Shown here: positions 40,995-50,851 of the stretch, piece by piece
How positions within the stretch are numbered: position 1 is the stretch's first letter
Layout: every line of letters begins with the position of its first letter
Origin: Cenarchaeum sp.
Lineage (GTDB): Archaea; Thermoproteota; Nitrososphaeria; Nitrososphaerales; Nitrosopumilaceae
NCBI GenBank assembly: GCA_965206845.1
Contig: OZ242221.1
Span: 672,001-736,000 of the forward strand
Length of the DNA: 64,000 nt
Reading direction: 5' to 3'
The notes under the pieces: model-generated
The model's database searches: none
Told to the model about the DNA's origin: nothing
Seen by the model: the letters and a program-made list of their open reading frames with translations, nothing else
Program-made: the position numbers and the translations under genes

Positions 40995-41436
40995 TCACGT
41001 TCCTTCTTGCTGTGCTTGGTTTAAAGCTTTCTTGAGCGCTAGTTTGTTGCACAACCATCTCAGCCGTGCCTGGATGGTTGCCGGGCAGCAGGCATTTCGT
41101 GCCTGTGATTCGAGGTTATGCAACAAACTATTGGGCTCTGCGGCCATGTCCGAGCCGGTCCCGTGCTAGGCAAGGGAAGCCGTGATGCGATCCGCCAAGG
41201 TGCATGGCAGCGTCTGCCGCGTATGCCACGCAGGGAAGGTTTTCAGGCATATGGCCCGACAAAGGCATGTGAACACTTTATCGTGATTTTAGGCACGGTT
41301 TGCTGCCGCATTGCCTGCTGACTCGGTGGGAGGTCAAGGCAGCACGGACCCGATGCCGGCAGTGCCTCCGGCTCATGCCTGCACGCATAGCAGGCAGTTC
41401 AAGATATATCAGACACCTTCGCAGGACGGAGACAAG

Positions 41437-41574
41437 AGACATGATCCGCAATTAAGAATCGGGTCTTCGATGCCCATAATCTTACAGATGTGCGCTCCAA
41501 AGCATGCAACTTTCGTATGATTATGCCAAAGATCGTGCTCTAATGTGCCTGCGTGCTAATTACGAATCACATCT
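41437..41574. mobile_element. 138-bp MITE copy 2
   Basis: Near-identical to 22015-22152; flanks AAG/CAG. Confidence 0.9.
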
Positions 41575-41939
41575 CAGGATGACAAGCAAAGCGGCAGGTC
41601 CGTGTACTGGTACGAGTTATGGAAACGGATGCCGGACATAACCGCGTGCTTTGCGCCATTGTAGGCGCAATAGCAAGGCCGAACGCCACCTTCAGGACAA
41701 TATCCCATGACCCAGACCGCTACTTTGCATCATCTGTGGCAATATTTGCGGCCGTGTGTCTTGTGTCCGCTCTGCCGCTTCCCAACGCATGGTTCGAGTC
41801 TGACGATGGCGCCTTACGTGGTTTTGACGGCGGCGTGGGGACATATGCAAGATCGTTCATCAGCGCCGTCCTGCAGAATTTTCTGACTACTGCCGTAATA
41901 TTCTGGGTTGGAAGCAGGTATGGTGGAAACCGCAAATTT

Positions 41940-43004
41940 TGTATTGTAACAAAACTATGTCCTCCCCAGATCAGACGCACTCTGCGCGAATTTATTAGGT
42001 TACACTATCCAAGACGCCTGATGCCGGTCAAGCTGGATGACGACAAAATCAAGTACGTCATTCGCGAGAAGGAGAAGGAGAAGGGGACCCTCAACGCCAC
42101 AATAGCTGAAAGCATGAAGATCAGCTCACGACATGTGCGACGCCTTTGGGCCAAGTACAGGAGTACCGGCTCGTTGCCGACGATCAGCAGTGGCGGCCGA
42201 CCTGCCACCAAGACAATATCTGATGAGGAAGTCGAGATGGTGCTGGCCGAGTGCAGGAGAGGCTGTTCGGGGGTGGGACGGGTCACCAAGGCATTGGCGG
42301 ACAAAAACATAAGCGGCCGCACCGTATACAACATAATGAAAAAACATGGGCTGGTGGAGTCGTGCCCCGCAAAGGCAAAAAAACGCAAATGGGTGAGATT
42401 TGAGCGACAGTACTCTAACGCCATGTGGCATACGGACTGGCATGTCATGAAGGACTTCCGCGTGAGGGATCTGAACCTGATCACGTACCTGGACGATGCC
42501 TCGCGATGCGTCACCGGATACGGCGTGTTCAAAGAAGCAACCGGCCTGAATGCCGTGGAGGTGCTCAGGCAGGCAATTCTGGCGTTTGGCACCCCGGCAT
42601 CCATCCTGTCGGACAACGGATCCTGCTTTGTGGGCGTGCGAAGCGGCACGCCGAAGGGAACATGGACGCCTACTATCTTTGAGAGCGAGCTTCTGGATCG
42701 CGGCATACAGCTGATAAACTCAAGGCCGTACCATCCCCAGACCAACGGTAAGCTGGAGAGGTTCCACAGGACACTGGAGACCGAGGTGGGGCGGCACGAC
42801 AGTTTGGATGACTTCGTCACGTACTACAACGAGAGGCGGCTGCATTGGTCGCTTGACATAGACAACCACCAGACGCCGCTCAAGGCGTTCCATGATAAGG
42901 CGACGTATGAAACTATAAGAGTAGACAATCCAAACTGGATGGAGGTTGACATCCATGGATGACCGGCGGACAAAGGGGGGAGGACATAGTTTTGTTACAA
43001 TAGA
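41940..43004 (+). mobile_element. IS481-family element with apparently intact transposase (42021-42962)
   Basis: 28-bp TIRs TGTATTGTAACAAAACTATGTCCTCCCC (1 mismatch); 15-bp flanking duplication GGAAACCGCAAATTT; rve DDE motifs. Confidence 0.93.
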
Positions 43005-43260
43005 CGGAAACCGCAAATTTAGAAACATATTTCCAGTGCTGCCGTACTGCCTGATTCCCATCATGGTTGGGGTTGCCGTTATTCCGGTAGGCACGCAGCT
43101 CTTTGAGGATCTTCTGGCTTTCACGCATGACGACATGCCAGGCACGGATCCTGGATTGTTACCCAGCTATGCGCTTGACTTCGCTGGCGGTACTGCCATT
43201 AGTCTAATTCACAATGCCTCTGCAGTCTTTCTTGGGGCATGGGTTTTCGTGCTGTTCGTA

Positions 43261-43352
43261 GTACACACTCAGGTCCCGCTCGAACCTAGGCACGGTTTTG
43301 CGAGACGCGACGCGGTTTTGTGCCTAGAAGGATCGCCGGCCTGAGTACATAC
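43261..43352. mobile_element. 92-bp MITE, subfamily B copy 1
   Basis: Ends GTACACACTCAGG...CCTGAGTACATAC; 8-bp duplication TGTTCGTA. Confidence 0.9.
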
Positions 43353-43700
43353 TGTTCGTAAAGGCAATAAAGATATCACACGGGTTTGGAACAAGGAAAT
43401 CGATTGGTGTTTTGGCACTGGCGCTGTTAGCCGCATATGCACTGACAACAGCGCTCGGAATCCTGCATGCACTTTTCTTATCATTCTTCCACATCTCATA
43501 GCAGTCTTTGCATACTGACAATAGCGCTCGGAATCCCGCAGGCATTCTTCTTGCCACCCGTATGGCTCTGACCTGCAGGGGTAAGTTATCTGCCATAAAC
43601 CGATCTGTTATGCCGGTCCGATGCCGGATAAACGACTTTTCAGGTTACGGAGGGCCAAAAATCCAGACAGAATTTTATAACCGGCGCCAGGTTTTTTTGT

Positions 43701-44642
43701 ATGATCGAGCCCGGGGCGCCCGTAAAGGACATCAGAATAACCAGAGACACCGGCATAGATGAGATATTTGACGAGCTGATGCGCTCCGGTGGCTTTGAGT
43801 CAACCAATCTGGCCCAAGGTCTGGAGATACTCTCTGACATGATAAACGATGGACGGTGCCTCAAGTTTCTGTCGTTTGTCGGGGCTGTGATATCGACCGG
43901 CCTGCGGGGCGTCGTATCTGACATGATACGAAACAGGTTCTTTGATGTGGCCATCACCACCTGCGGCGCGCTAGACCACGACATAGCCAGAAACTTTGCC
44001 AGCTATCATGAGGGATCCTTTACCATGGACGATACACAGCTGGCCCGGCAGGACATCCACAGGCTGGGAAATGTGCTTGTTCCCATGGAGAGCTACGGGC
44101 CCGTAATAGAGGAGAAGATGCGGGAGTTTCTGCAGAAAGAGTACGACTCGGGCATCAGGGAGATGTCCACTGCTGACATAACCAGAATGATCGGAAGCCA
44201 TCTGGGCGACGACTCGTTTCTGCACCAGGCGTACAAGAACAACGTCCCGGTTGTTGTACCAGGCATAGTGGACGGCGCAGTTGGAAGCCAGATCTGGCTC
44301 TTTGTGCAGAACCATCCGGACTTCAGGCTGAACCTGATCAAGGATGCGGATCTGCTGTCTGGCATGATATTCAAGGCAACAAAGTCAGGTGCGCTGATGA
44401 TCGGCGGGGGTATCTCAAAGCACCACACGCTGTGGTGGAACCAGTACCGGAACGGCATGGACTACGCGCTGTACATCACCACGGCGCAGGAGTTTGACGG
44501 CAGCCTCAGCGGGGCACTTGTAAGGGAGGCCATATCGTGGGGCAAGGTAACCCAGGACGCAAGGCAGGCCACGCTGCACGCCGAGGCCACCACCATACTC
44601 CCCTTCCTGTACTCGGCATTGCTGGCAAGGCTAAAGCGCTAA
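43701..44642 (+). CDS. dys: Deoxyhypusine synthase
   Basis: ISTGLR, IHRLGN, GGGISKH and DGSLSGA...EAISWGK motifs. Confidence 0.95.
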   Translation: MIEPGAPVKDIRITRDTGIDEIFDELMRSGGFESTNLAQGLEILSDMINDGRCLKFLSFVGAVISTGLRGVVSDMIRNRFFDVAITTCGALDHDIARNFASYHEGSFTMDDTQLARQDIHRLGNVLVPMESYGPVIEEKMREFLQKEYDSGIREMSTADITRMIGSHLGDDSFLHQAYKNNVPVVVPGIVDGAVGSQIWLFVQNHPDFRLNLIKDADLLSGMIFKATKSGALMIGGGISKHHTLWWNQYRNGMDYALYITTAQEFDGSLSGALVREAISWGKVTQDARQATLHAEATTILPFLYSALLARLKR

Positions 44643-44866
44643 GGCCCGCACCAGGAATGCCATGCCGGGAGGACCTGCCTTTTGCCGCGCCTGTGCCTGC
44701 AGGTGTCAGCACACAGAACCCGAATCGGTTTTTCGTTTGCGCTGCTGTGTCGGCGACGTGTCCATCTCTTGTGCCCGTTGCCGCGTTGCCGTTTGCTGTC
44801 TTGCCTGCAGGATAATGCAAGGGCGGATAGATTCAGAGATATTATTGGTGTATGCAAGGCATGCAC

Positions 44867-45493
44867 ATGGAGGAGACCATAGCTTTTGCCGCAACGGTGG
44901 TTCTGATCTCAATCTCAGGAGTGATGTCTCCGGGCCCACTGTTTGCCACAAATATAGTGTACGGCATCAGGGGCGGGCTGCGTGCAGGAATCAAGATGGC
45001 GTACGGCCACACCGTGGTGGAGCTACCGCTGATCATACTTCTGGGGGTCGGGATCATCTCGCTGGAGTCTTTTCCCCAGTTTCGGGTGGCAATATCAGTC
45101 CTGGGCGCACTCGGGCTGTTTGCCTTTGCAGGCCTGCAGATCAAGGGAGCTATGCGTCCCAGGCAGGTGCAGGCACAACGCGCTGGACACGGTCCGTTTC
45201 TGGCAGGGATGATGCTTACCGCGCTGAACCCGTTCTTCATAATCTGGTGGCTCACCATAGGGACGAAGCTGATACTGGACGCCATGGAGATGTGGTCTGT
45301 TGCCGGTCTGGCCATAATGTTTGGGTTTCACATATGGATGGACTACGTATGGATGGGTACGGTGGGCTTTCTGGCAAAGAAGGGCTCCGGATGGATGTCA
45401 GACAGGGTACACCGGGCCGTTCTGGTGGCGCTTTCTGGCATGCTGATCTACTTTGGCATTATCTTCGCAGCCGAGGGACTAGCCACAATCTAG
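44867..45493 (+). CDS. LysE-family transporter
   Basis: SPGP and LNPFFIIWW motifs, six TM segments. Confidence 0.88.
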   Translation: MEETIAFAATVVLISISGVMSPGPLFATNIVYGIRGGLRAGIKMAYGHTVVELPLIILLGVGIISLESFPQFRVAISVLGALGLFAFAGLQIKGAMRPRQVQAQRAGHGPFLAGMMLTALNPFFIIWWLTIGTKLILDAMEMWSVAGLAIMFGFHIWMDYVWMGTVGFLAKKGSGWMSDRVHRAVLVALSGMLIYFGIIFAAEGLATI

Positions 45494-45715
45494 AATCTCC
45501 ACCACAGGCTTGCACTCATCGTTAAAGGAGTTGATCCGGTGAACCAGCATCTCGCACATCTCCGGATCCAGCGATTCATAGTATCTGTCTATGTCGCCAA
45601 GCATGGTAACATGCTTTACCGCGCATGTGTTCGGAACAAGTATGAAAAGAAGAATCACTATCGATATTGAGATGGCGTAGATATGGAATTTTCCTTTAAT
45701 CCTTTGTGATATCAA
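45479..45715 (-). CDS. Small hypothetical membrane-anchored protein
   Basis: One TM helix and an LDPEMC...FNDECKP.VEILDCG tail; start uncertain. Confidence 0.55.
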   Translation of the reverse strand: MISQRIKGKFHIYAISISIVILLFILVPNTCAVKHVTMLGDIDRYYESLDPEMCEMLVHRINSFNDECKPVVEILDCG

Positions 45716-46640
45716 TCTCTATTGTAGATATGTTTCTCTGCTTGCCGTCCTCTGACATCAGGAAATCTGACGCAATCCGCACATCTTTGATATAGTACCC
45801 CACGGTGTCCATTCTCTTTACTATCATCTGTGATACATCGACTGCCTGTGTGATTTTTTTGCCCCTAGCCTTTATTGTTACTGTCGGGTTGGATGCAATC
45901 TGTGTAAGCGTTGCATGTACGTATGTCATAATCGGCTTGCTGCCCACAAAGATAATGTCACGTCGTGGGGCAGTTTTTGCTACAGCTTCTGGCTGCGGCT
46001 CTACAGCCTTGGCTGCGGCTGGTGCCTCTGCTGCCGGCGCTTCTGCTGCTACGGGTGCCTCTGCGGCTGGCGCTTCTGCCATTGGGGGTTCCTCTGCGGC
46101 CGGTGCTTCTGCTGCTACGGGTGCTTCAGCTACTGGTTCTGCTGCCGGCGCTTCTGCCATTGGGGGTTCCTCTGCGGCCGGTGCTTCTGCTGCTACGGGT
46201 GCCTCTGCGGCTGGCGCTTCTGCCATTGGGGGTTCCTCTGCGGCCGGTGCTTCTGCTGCTACGGGTGCTTCAGCTACTGGTTCTGCTGCCGGCGCTTCTG
46301 CCATTGGGGGTTCCTCTGCGGCCGGTGCTTCTGCTGCTACGGGTGCTTCAGCTACTGGTTCTGCTGCCGGCGCTTCTGCCATTGGGGGTTCCTCTACGGG
46401 TGATTCTGACGGGGCTTCAGCTACTGGTTCTTCAGATGCGGGTGCCTCTTCTGCGGCTGGTTCTTCAGTTACTGGTTCTGCGGCCGGTGTTTCTTCTGCG
46501 GCCGATGCCTGCTGTGCAGGTTGCTCCGACTCGGGCGACCATGAATCAGAGACATCATCTAGATCATTTTGTGTTTCCTGACTTTTTTGAAATTCCGACA
46601 GTATTTCTTCAGCGTCTTTTAGTCTTTCTTGCACGTTCAA
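45696..46640 (-). CDS. alba: Alba-domain protein with long acidic Ala/Pro/Glu repeat N-terminus
   Basis: C-terminal IFVGSKPIMTYV...IKARGKKITQAVDVSQ...NISTIEI. Confidence 0.88.
   Translation of the reverse strand: MNVQERLKDAEEILSEFQKSQETQNDLDDVSDSWSPESEQPAQQASAAEETPAAEPVTEEPAAEEAPASEEPVAEAPSESPVEEPPMAEAPAAEPVAEAPVAAEAPAAEEPPMAEAPAAEPVAEAPVAAEAPAAEEPPMAEAPAAEAPVAAEAPAAEEPPMAEAPAAEPVAEAPVAAEAPAAEEPPMAEAPAAEAPVAAEAPAAEAPAAAKAVEPQPEAVAKTAPRRDIIFVGSKPIMTYVHATLTQIASNPTVTIKARGKKITQAVDVSQMIVKRMDTVGYYIKDVRIASDFLMSEDGKQRNISTIEIDITKD
46020..46395 (-). repeat. Coding tandem repeat, five 63/78-bp units
   Basis: EEPPMAEAPAAE(PVAEA)PVAAEAPAA x5; ATTGGGGGTTCCTCT recurs five times. Confidence 0.92.
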
Positions 46641-46987
46641 AATCTTCCTGTAGACTAGACCATTATCTTTTATTTAATTGATAGAGTACAAATCAGCTAC
46701 GTAACATCCAGAAAATAATATACCCAGTTCGCGATATGCCAAAGAGAGCAAGTAGAGGACGCACCTAAATCATGAGACCCGACAGATCAAAGCGAACCAC
46801 AGGCTAGGAAGGCCAGAATATCTGCCTGAGTGGCAGGCAGTTCGCATTCGTCCACCCTTTTGACAAGGTATACCGTCGAATAAAAATGCGAGATCACCAC
46901 AGCGAGAAACAGGGAATTGGCCATCTGACTTGAACAATGTTTGCCCTGTAGCGAAAAGTTCATTGATCAGAACAGCCCAGACAGACC

Positions 46988-47982
46988 ATGAAATACAAGC
47001 AGATGCTCAAGATTCGCAAGATTGAGAAGGATCCTCAGGTGCGAGACAGGATAATGCTGAACGTGATGGTGAAAAGGGACGGAATGAGCGTGACCAGGGC
47101 CGCGCGCTTTCTGGGCATGGCCCCGTCATGGGGAGTCAAGTGGCACAACCGGTACCTGAAGGAGGGCACTGCAGGCCTGCAGACTCGCACCCGCTCAGGC
47201 CGCCCACCGAGGATCTCAGGCGAGACCCTGAAGGCCGTTAAAAAAAAGTAAAAAAGACGGTGTACCTGACGGCAGAGGACCTGCGCGATATCATTCGCGA
47301 CGGTTCCGGCATAGAGTACATGACGAAGTATACGATATCGTACGCGCGCTTCCTGCTGCGCAGCTGGGGATTCACCAGGAAGGTTCCGATGGGACGGCAC
47401 GTGAAGAGAGCAAGCAGGCAGAAGATCGCGTGGTTCCGCAAGAAGCTGGGGCCGCTGATAGAGGAGAGGGTGAGGGCCGGCTACACGGCATGTGTGCAGG
47501 ACGAGGCGATATGCGTAGCCGACGCGCGGCTCAGGAAGGGCGTCTACACGCCCAAGGGGGTCCGCGGCGTCTACACGTACACGGGATCGCACTCCAAGAC
47601 CATCGTGTTCGGCCTGATCACGCTGGACGGGGAGGGGTTCTTCCAGAGATACGACTCCTTTACCGGGAAGGAGTTTGTCGAGTTCCTGAAGGCCGCATGC
47701 GAAAGGTTCGGGAAGATCCTGATGATAACCGACGGCGCGCCGCAGCACAGGTCGAAATTCGTCAGGGAGGAGATCGGGCGCCTGGACGGCGTGGAGCTGC
47801 AGTTTCTGCCGCCTGGCTGCCCGGATCTGAACGCGATTGAGGAGGTGTGGCTCCAGATGAAACACGCGATCTTGGACGTGCCGTACGTCCGGTTCAGCTC
47901 CATGTGCAGCGACATCGACAAGTGGCTGAGATCGTCCCTGCCAAAACTTGACATCGAAAGGTACCTCTACAGAAAAGCATAG
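46988..47982 (+). CDS. IS630 transposase split into orfA (46988-47251) and orfB (-1 frame, to 47982)
   Basis: HTH with SGRP, QDEA, DGAPQH and PDLNAIEEVW motifs; slippery A AAA AAG at 47242-47248. Confidence 0.88.
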
Positions 47983-48091
47983 GCAGGCGCCTGCAGGCGC
48001 ACAGGGGATCGTGCGCGCGCAGGTCCGGAAACGGTAAACGGCCGCCCCACGACCCTTCACGGATCTGAACGAACCCGTATTTTGGGACAAG

Positions 48092-48229
48092 AGACATGAT
48101 CCGCAATTAAGAATCGGGTCTTCGATGCCCATAATCTTACAGATGTGCGCTCCAAAGCATGCAACTTTCGTATGATTATGCCAAAGATCGTGCTCTAATG
48201 TGCCTGCGTGCTAATTACGAATCACATCT
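48092..48229. mobile_element. 138-bp MITE copy 3
   Basis: Matches copy 2; duplication AAG/AAG. Confidence 0.9.
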
Positions 48230-48392
48230 AAGAATAACAAGTGGCTTGGAAGAAATTCGGCAATCCTGTCTTCGGGCCTGCATCAAATCTGGCGGTTGTT
48301 CACGAAATTATACTCGGCGGTGTAGAGGCCGCAAGAAGCCTGCTACAACGGTAGGTTCAGAAGGCATGAAGGCAAAGGCCTGCGCGCAGTAT

Positions 48393-48665
48393 TTAGGTGC
48401 GAGCCTTTGCATGAATGTTCGCTTGGATGTACTCATCCAGGAGCTGTTCCACGTCTTCGCCGGAGAGCGCTTTTGCCTTCTCCACCAGCTCCCTCTCCTC
48501 CACCTCATAGCAGTTCAGAACATCCTGGGAGTCCTTGAAGATCAAAAGCACCTTCTCCCCAAATATGGTATGGTACATCTTCTCCCGCTCCATGAGCTCG
48601 GGTTTTACCTTTACTCCATCCTTGCCAGCGCTTACGGGGTACACCACAGAGCGCCTACCACGCAT
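48393..48665 (-). CDS. Conserved thaumarchaeal hypothetical protein
   Basis: MEREKMYHTIFGEKVLLIFKDSQDVLNCYEVEE; true start probably near 48610. Confidence 0.6.
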   Translation of the reverse strand: MRGRRSVVYPVSAGKDGVKVKPELMEREKMYHTIFGEKVLLIFKDSQDVLNCYEVEERELVEKAKALSGEDVEQLLDEYIQANIHAKART

Positions 48666-48750
48666 CGGTATTTAGATAAAGCGGTCAGACTGTCAGGCAG
48701 CAACCCACATCAGCATCACATCATTAATAGATATTTCAGATATACTAAAC

Positions 48751-49845
48751 ATGTTGCAGAGAATAGTGCTCCATGTGGACTTTGACTACTTTTACGCACA
48801 GTGCGAAGAGATCAGAGACCTGAGCCTCAAGACCAAACCGGTTTGCGTTTGTGTCTACTCCGGCCGCGATCAGGACAGCGGAGCCGTGGCTACGGCAAAC
48901 TACCTGGCAAGAAAGTACGGCGCCAAGTCTGGCATGTCCATCAGACTGGCAAAGGCAAAGCTCCAGAAGAGCGAGGATGCGGTGTTTCTTCCCACCGACT
49001 TTGACTACTACTCGGACATCTCAGAGAGGGCAATGAAGGCAATACAGGAGTATGCCGATGTCTTTGAGTACGTTGGCAGGGACGAGGCATACCTTGATGT
49101 CAGCGCCAGAACCGGCAGAAGCTACGAGATGGCAGCTCATGTGGCGCAGCAGATCAAGAACGCCGTCCGGGAGAGGATCAGGCTCACCTGCTCTGTCGGC
49201 GTGTCGCCCAACAGGCTGGTATCCAAGATAGCCTCTGACTTTAACAAGCCCGACGGGCTTACGGTTGTCACCCCGGACAGGGTATCTGAATTTCTGGAGC
49301 CGCTGAAGGTGCGCAACATACCCGGCATAGGCAAAAAGGCAGAGGGCACGCTGGCAGGCATGAAGATCACGACGGTGAAGCAGCTCCGGGATCTGGATAT
49401 ATTCGACCTCAACAAGAGGTTTGGAAGAAAGACCGGAGCCTACATTTATGGCGCGGCAAGGGGAGAGAACGACGAGCCGGTGGCCGAGAGGGAGCCAAGC
49501 GTGCAGTTCAGCAGGATCTCCACCCTCAAGCAGGACTCGAAGGAGTTTGACTTCCTGCACCAGAGCCTGCTGCAGGTGTGCCAGGAGCTGCACCATACCG
49601 TGCAGAAGAACGGAAGACTCTTCAGATCCGTCGGCGTGCAGTTCGTCCAGTCCGACATGTCAGGCAGGACAAAGTCCAGGATGCTAAGGAACCCCACATC
49701 AAGCCTGGGGGAGCTGGAGAAGGTGGCGACCATCCTCCTCCGGGAGGCGCTGGAGGATCAGGAGAAGCAGATAAGAAGGCTGGGTGTCAGGGTGTCGGAG
49801 CTGTCAGATGCAGTGGGCCAGATCCGCATGGACAGCTACTTTTGA
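48751..49845 (+). CDS. dinB: Y-family DNA polymerase IV
   Basis: HVDFDYFYAQ, GRDEAYLD, KIASDFNKPDG and C-terminal PIP-like QIRMDSYF. Confidence 0.95.
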   Translation: MLQRIVLHVDFDYFYAQCEEIRDLSLKTKPVCVCVYSGRDQDSGAVATANYLARKYGAKSGMSIRLAKAKLQKSEDAVFLPTDFDYYSDISERAMKAIQEYADVFEYVGRDEAYLDVSARTGRSYEMAAHVAQQIKNAVRERIRLTCSVGVSPNRLVSKIASDFNKPDGLTVVTPDRVSEFLEPLKVRNIPGIGKKAEGTLAGMKITTVKQLRDLDIFDLNKRFGRKTGAYIYGAARGENDEPVAEREPSVQFSRISTLKQDSKEFDFLHQSLLQVCQELHHTVQKNGRLFRSVGVQFVQSDMSGRTKSRMLRNPTSSLGELEKVATILLREALEDQEKQIRRLGVRVSELSDAVGQIRMDSYF

Positions 49846-50822
49846 TGCACCCGGTCGTCTGCGGCTGCCGCCCCAGTCCCGTCCCGCTCGTCCAGTTTTT
49901 TTAACCGCCTGGTCTCCACGACCATCACAATAAGCAGAAATACAAAGAGCCAGGGCAAGAACATTATCTCTCCGGCAATTCCGTGAAACTCCTCCCACCT
50001 GTCTACGTCGGTGGTCACCTTGAGGGCGTACCAGGAGAGCGCGAATATTCGGAATACGTTGACAGTTATCGTGCCCAGTATGCCCACTGCAAACCACACC
50101 ATCTTTCTGGGTCTTGGAATGTTCATCTTGAGCAGAAACGCCATCATCACGAGTGAGAATATGATCACGCTGTGCACACCGGCAGAGGGCCAGAACACCT
50201 GCAGCGCAAAGGGCCCGTGATCGCCCCTGAGGAACATCAGGTTGTCCCGTGCAGTTGCCATCCCCAGATCAAAGAGGCCGACGAGGCCCACGTTGATCTG
50301 AACCAGGTACGGCACCACGTACTGTAGCGGACCTAACGTGTCGTACGGAAAGAAGGCGTCAAGGGAGAGTATGGCCGCGCTGCCGCCGAGAAATATCGGC
50401 CCTGCGGGAGCGATTCGGATCCACCTCCTTCCAAAGAAGAGGCTCAGGGCTGCCGTCACAAATGCCGCCATTATTGCAAAGTCCCACAGCCACGTAAACG
50501 AGAATATCAACGGAACCTCGATGGACTCGCCGTAGGCTATCAGCATGTCCCGGAGGCCAAACTCCAGGGACACCAGGTACCAGATCACCACAGCTGCCAG
50601 CGGAACCACCATCAGAAGCCGCCTGTGGGATATCCCCAGCCTCAGGCCCACCAGCTCGGCTACCACAAACACCAAACCAAAGAGGAATCCCCCCCTGCCC
50701 TGGTTCCAGCTGAGGTTGAAGGTGTCAGGAAATGCCACCAGGGCAAAAACAATCGGGCTTGCCACCAGGGCCATACCAAGTATCAGACTTTTCTGCAATC
50801 GGAGATCCGGACATAACAGCAA
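49836..50822 (-). CDS. Thaumarchaeosortase (exosortase/archaeosortase family)
   Basis: Multi-TM with SWNQGRGG, VFWPSAGVHS, NVFRI and EEFH...GEI motifs. Confidence 0.85.
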   Translation of the reverse strand: MLLCPDLRLQKSLILGMALVASPIVFALVAFPDTFNLSWNQGRGGFLFGLVFVVAELVGLRLGISHRRLLMVVPLAAVVIWYLVSLEFGLRDMLIAYGESIEVPLIFSFTWLWDFAIMAAFVTAALSLFFGRRWIRIAPAGPIFLGGSAAILSLDAFFPYDTLGPLQYVVPYLVQINVGLVGLFDLGMATARDNLMFLRGDHGPFALQVFWPSAGVHSVIIFSLVMMAFLLKMNIPRPRKMVWFAVGILGTITVNVFRIFALSWYALKVTTDVDRWEEFHGIAGEIMFLPWLFVFLLIVMVVETRRLKKLDERDGTGAAAADDRVHQK

Positions 50823-50851
50823 ATAAAAAATCTTGCACGCAGGGCGGGGAT

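Larger units (their letters stand above)
41619..43501 (+). pseudogene. Yip1-like membrane protein gene interrupted by IS481 (41940-43004) and a 92-bp MITE (43261-43352)
   Basis: Removing both elements and their duplications rejoins ...RPNATF...YGGNRKFRNIFPVLPYCLIP...WVFVLFVKAIKISHGFGTRKS...HIS*. Confidence 0.8.
46869..48324 (+). mobile_element. IS630-family element with a nested MITE
   Basis: Imperfect TIRs TATACCGTCGAATAAAAATGCGAGATC / TACACCGCCGAGTATAATTTCGTGAAC with terminal TA. Confidence 0.75.

Noticed and set aside
43441-43560. DGR-like template/variable repeat pair
   Set aside because: Mismatches are not adenine-specific on either strand and no reverse transcriptase is in the window
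45805-46681. Cys-, Leu- or Ala-rich plus-strand ORFs (e.g. 45915-46403)
   Set aside because: Shadow frames of the Alba tandem repeat
22070-48785. Shared peptide MQLSYDYAKDRALMCLRANYESHL starting ORFs 22070 and 48159
   Set aside because: Translation of the 138-bp MITE, not a protein domain
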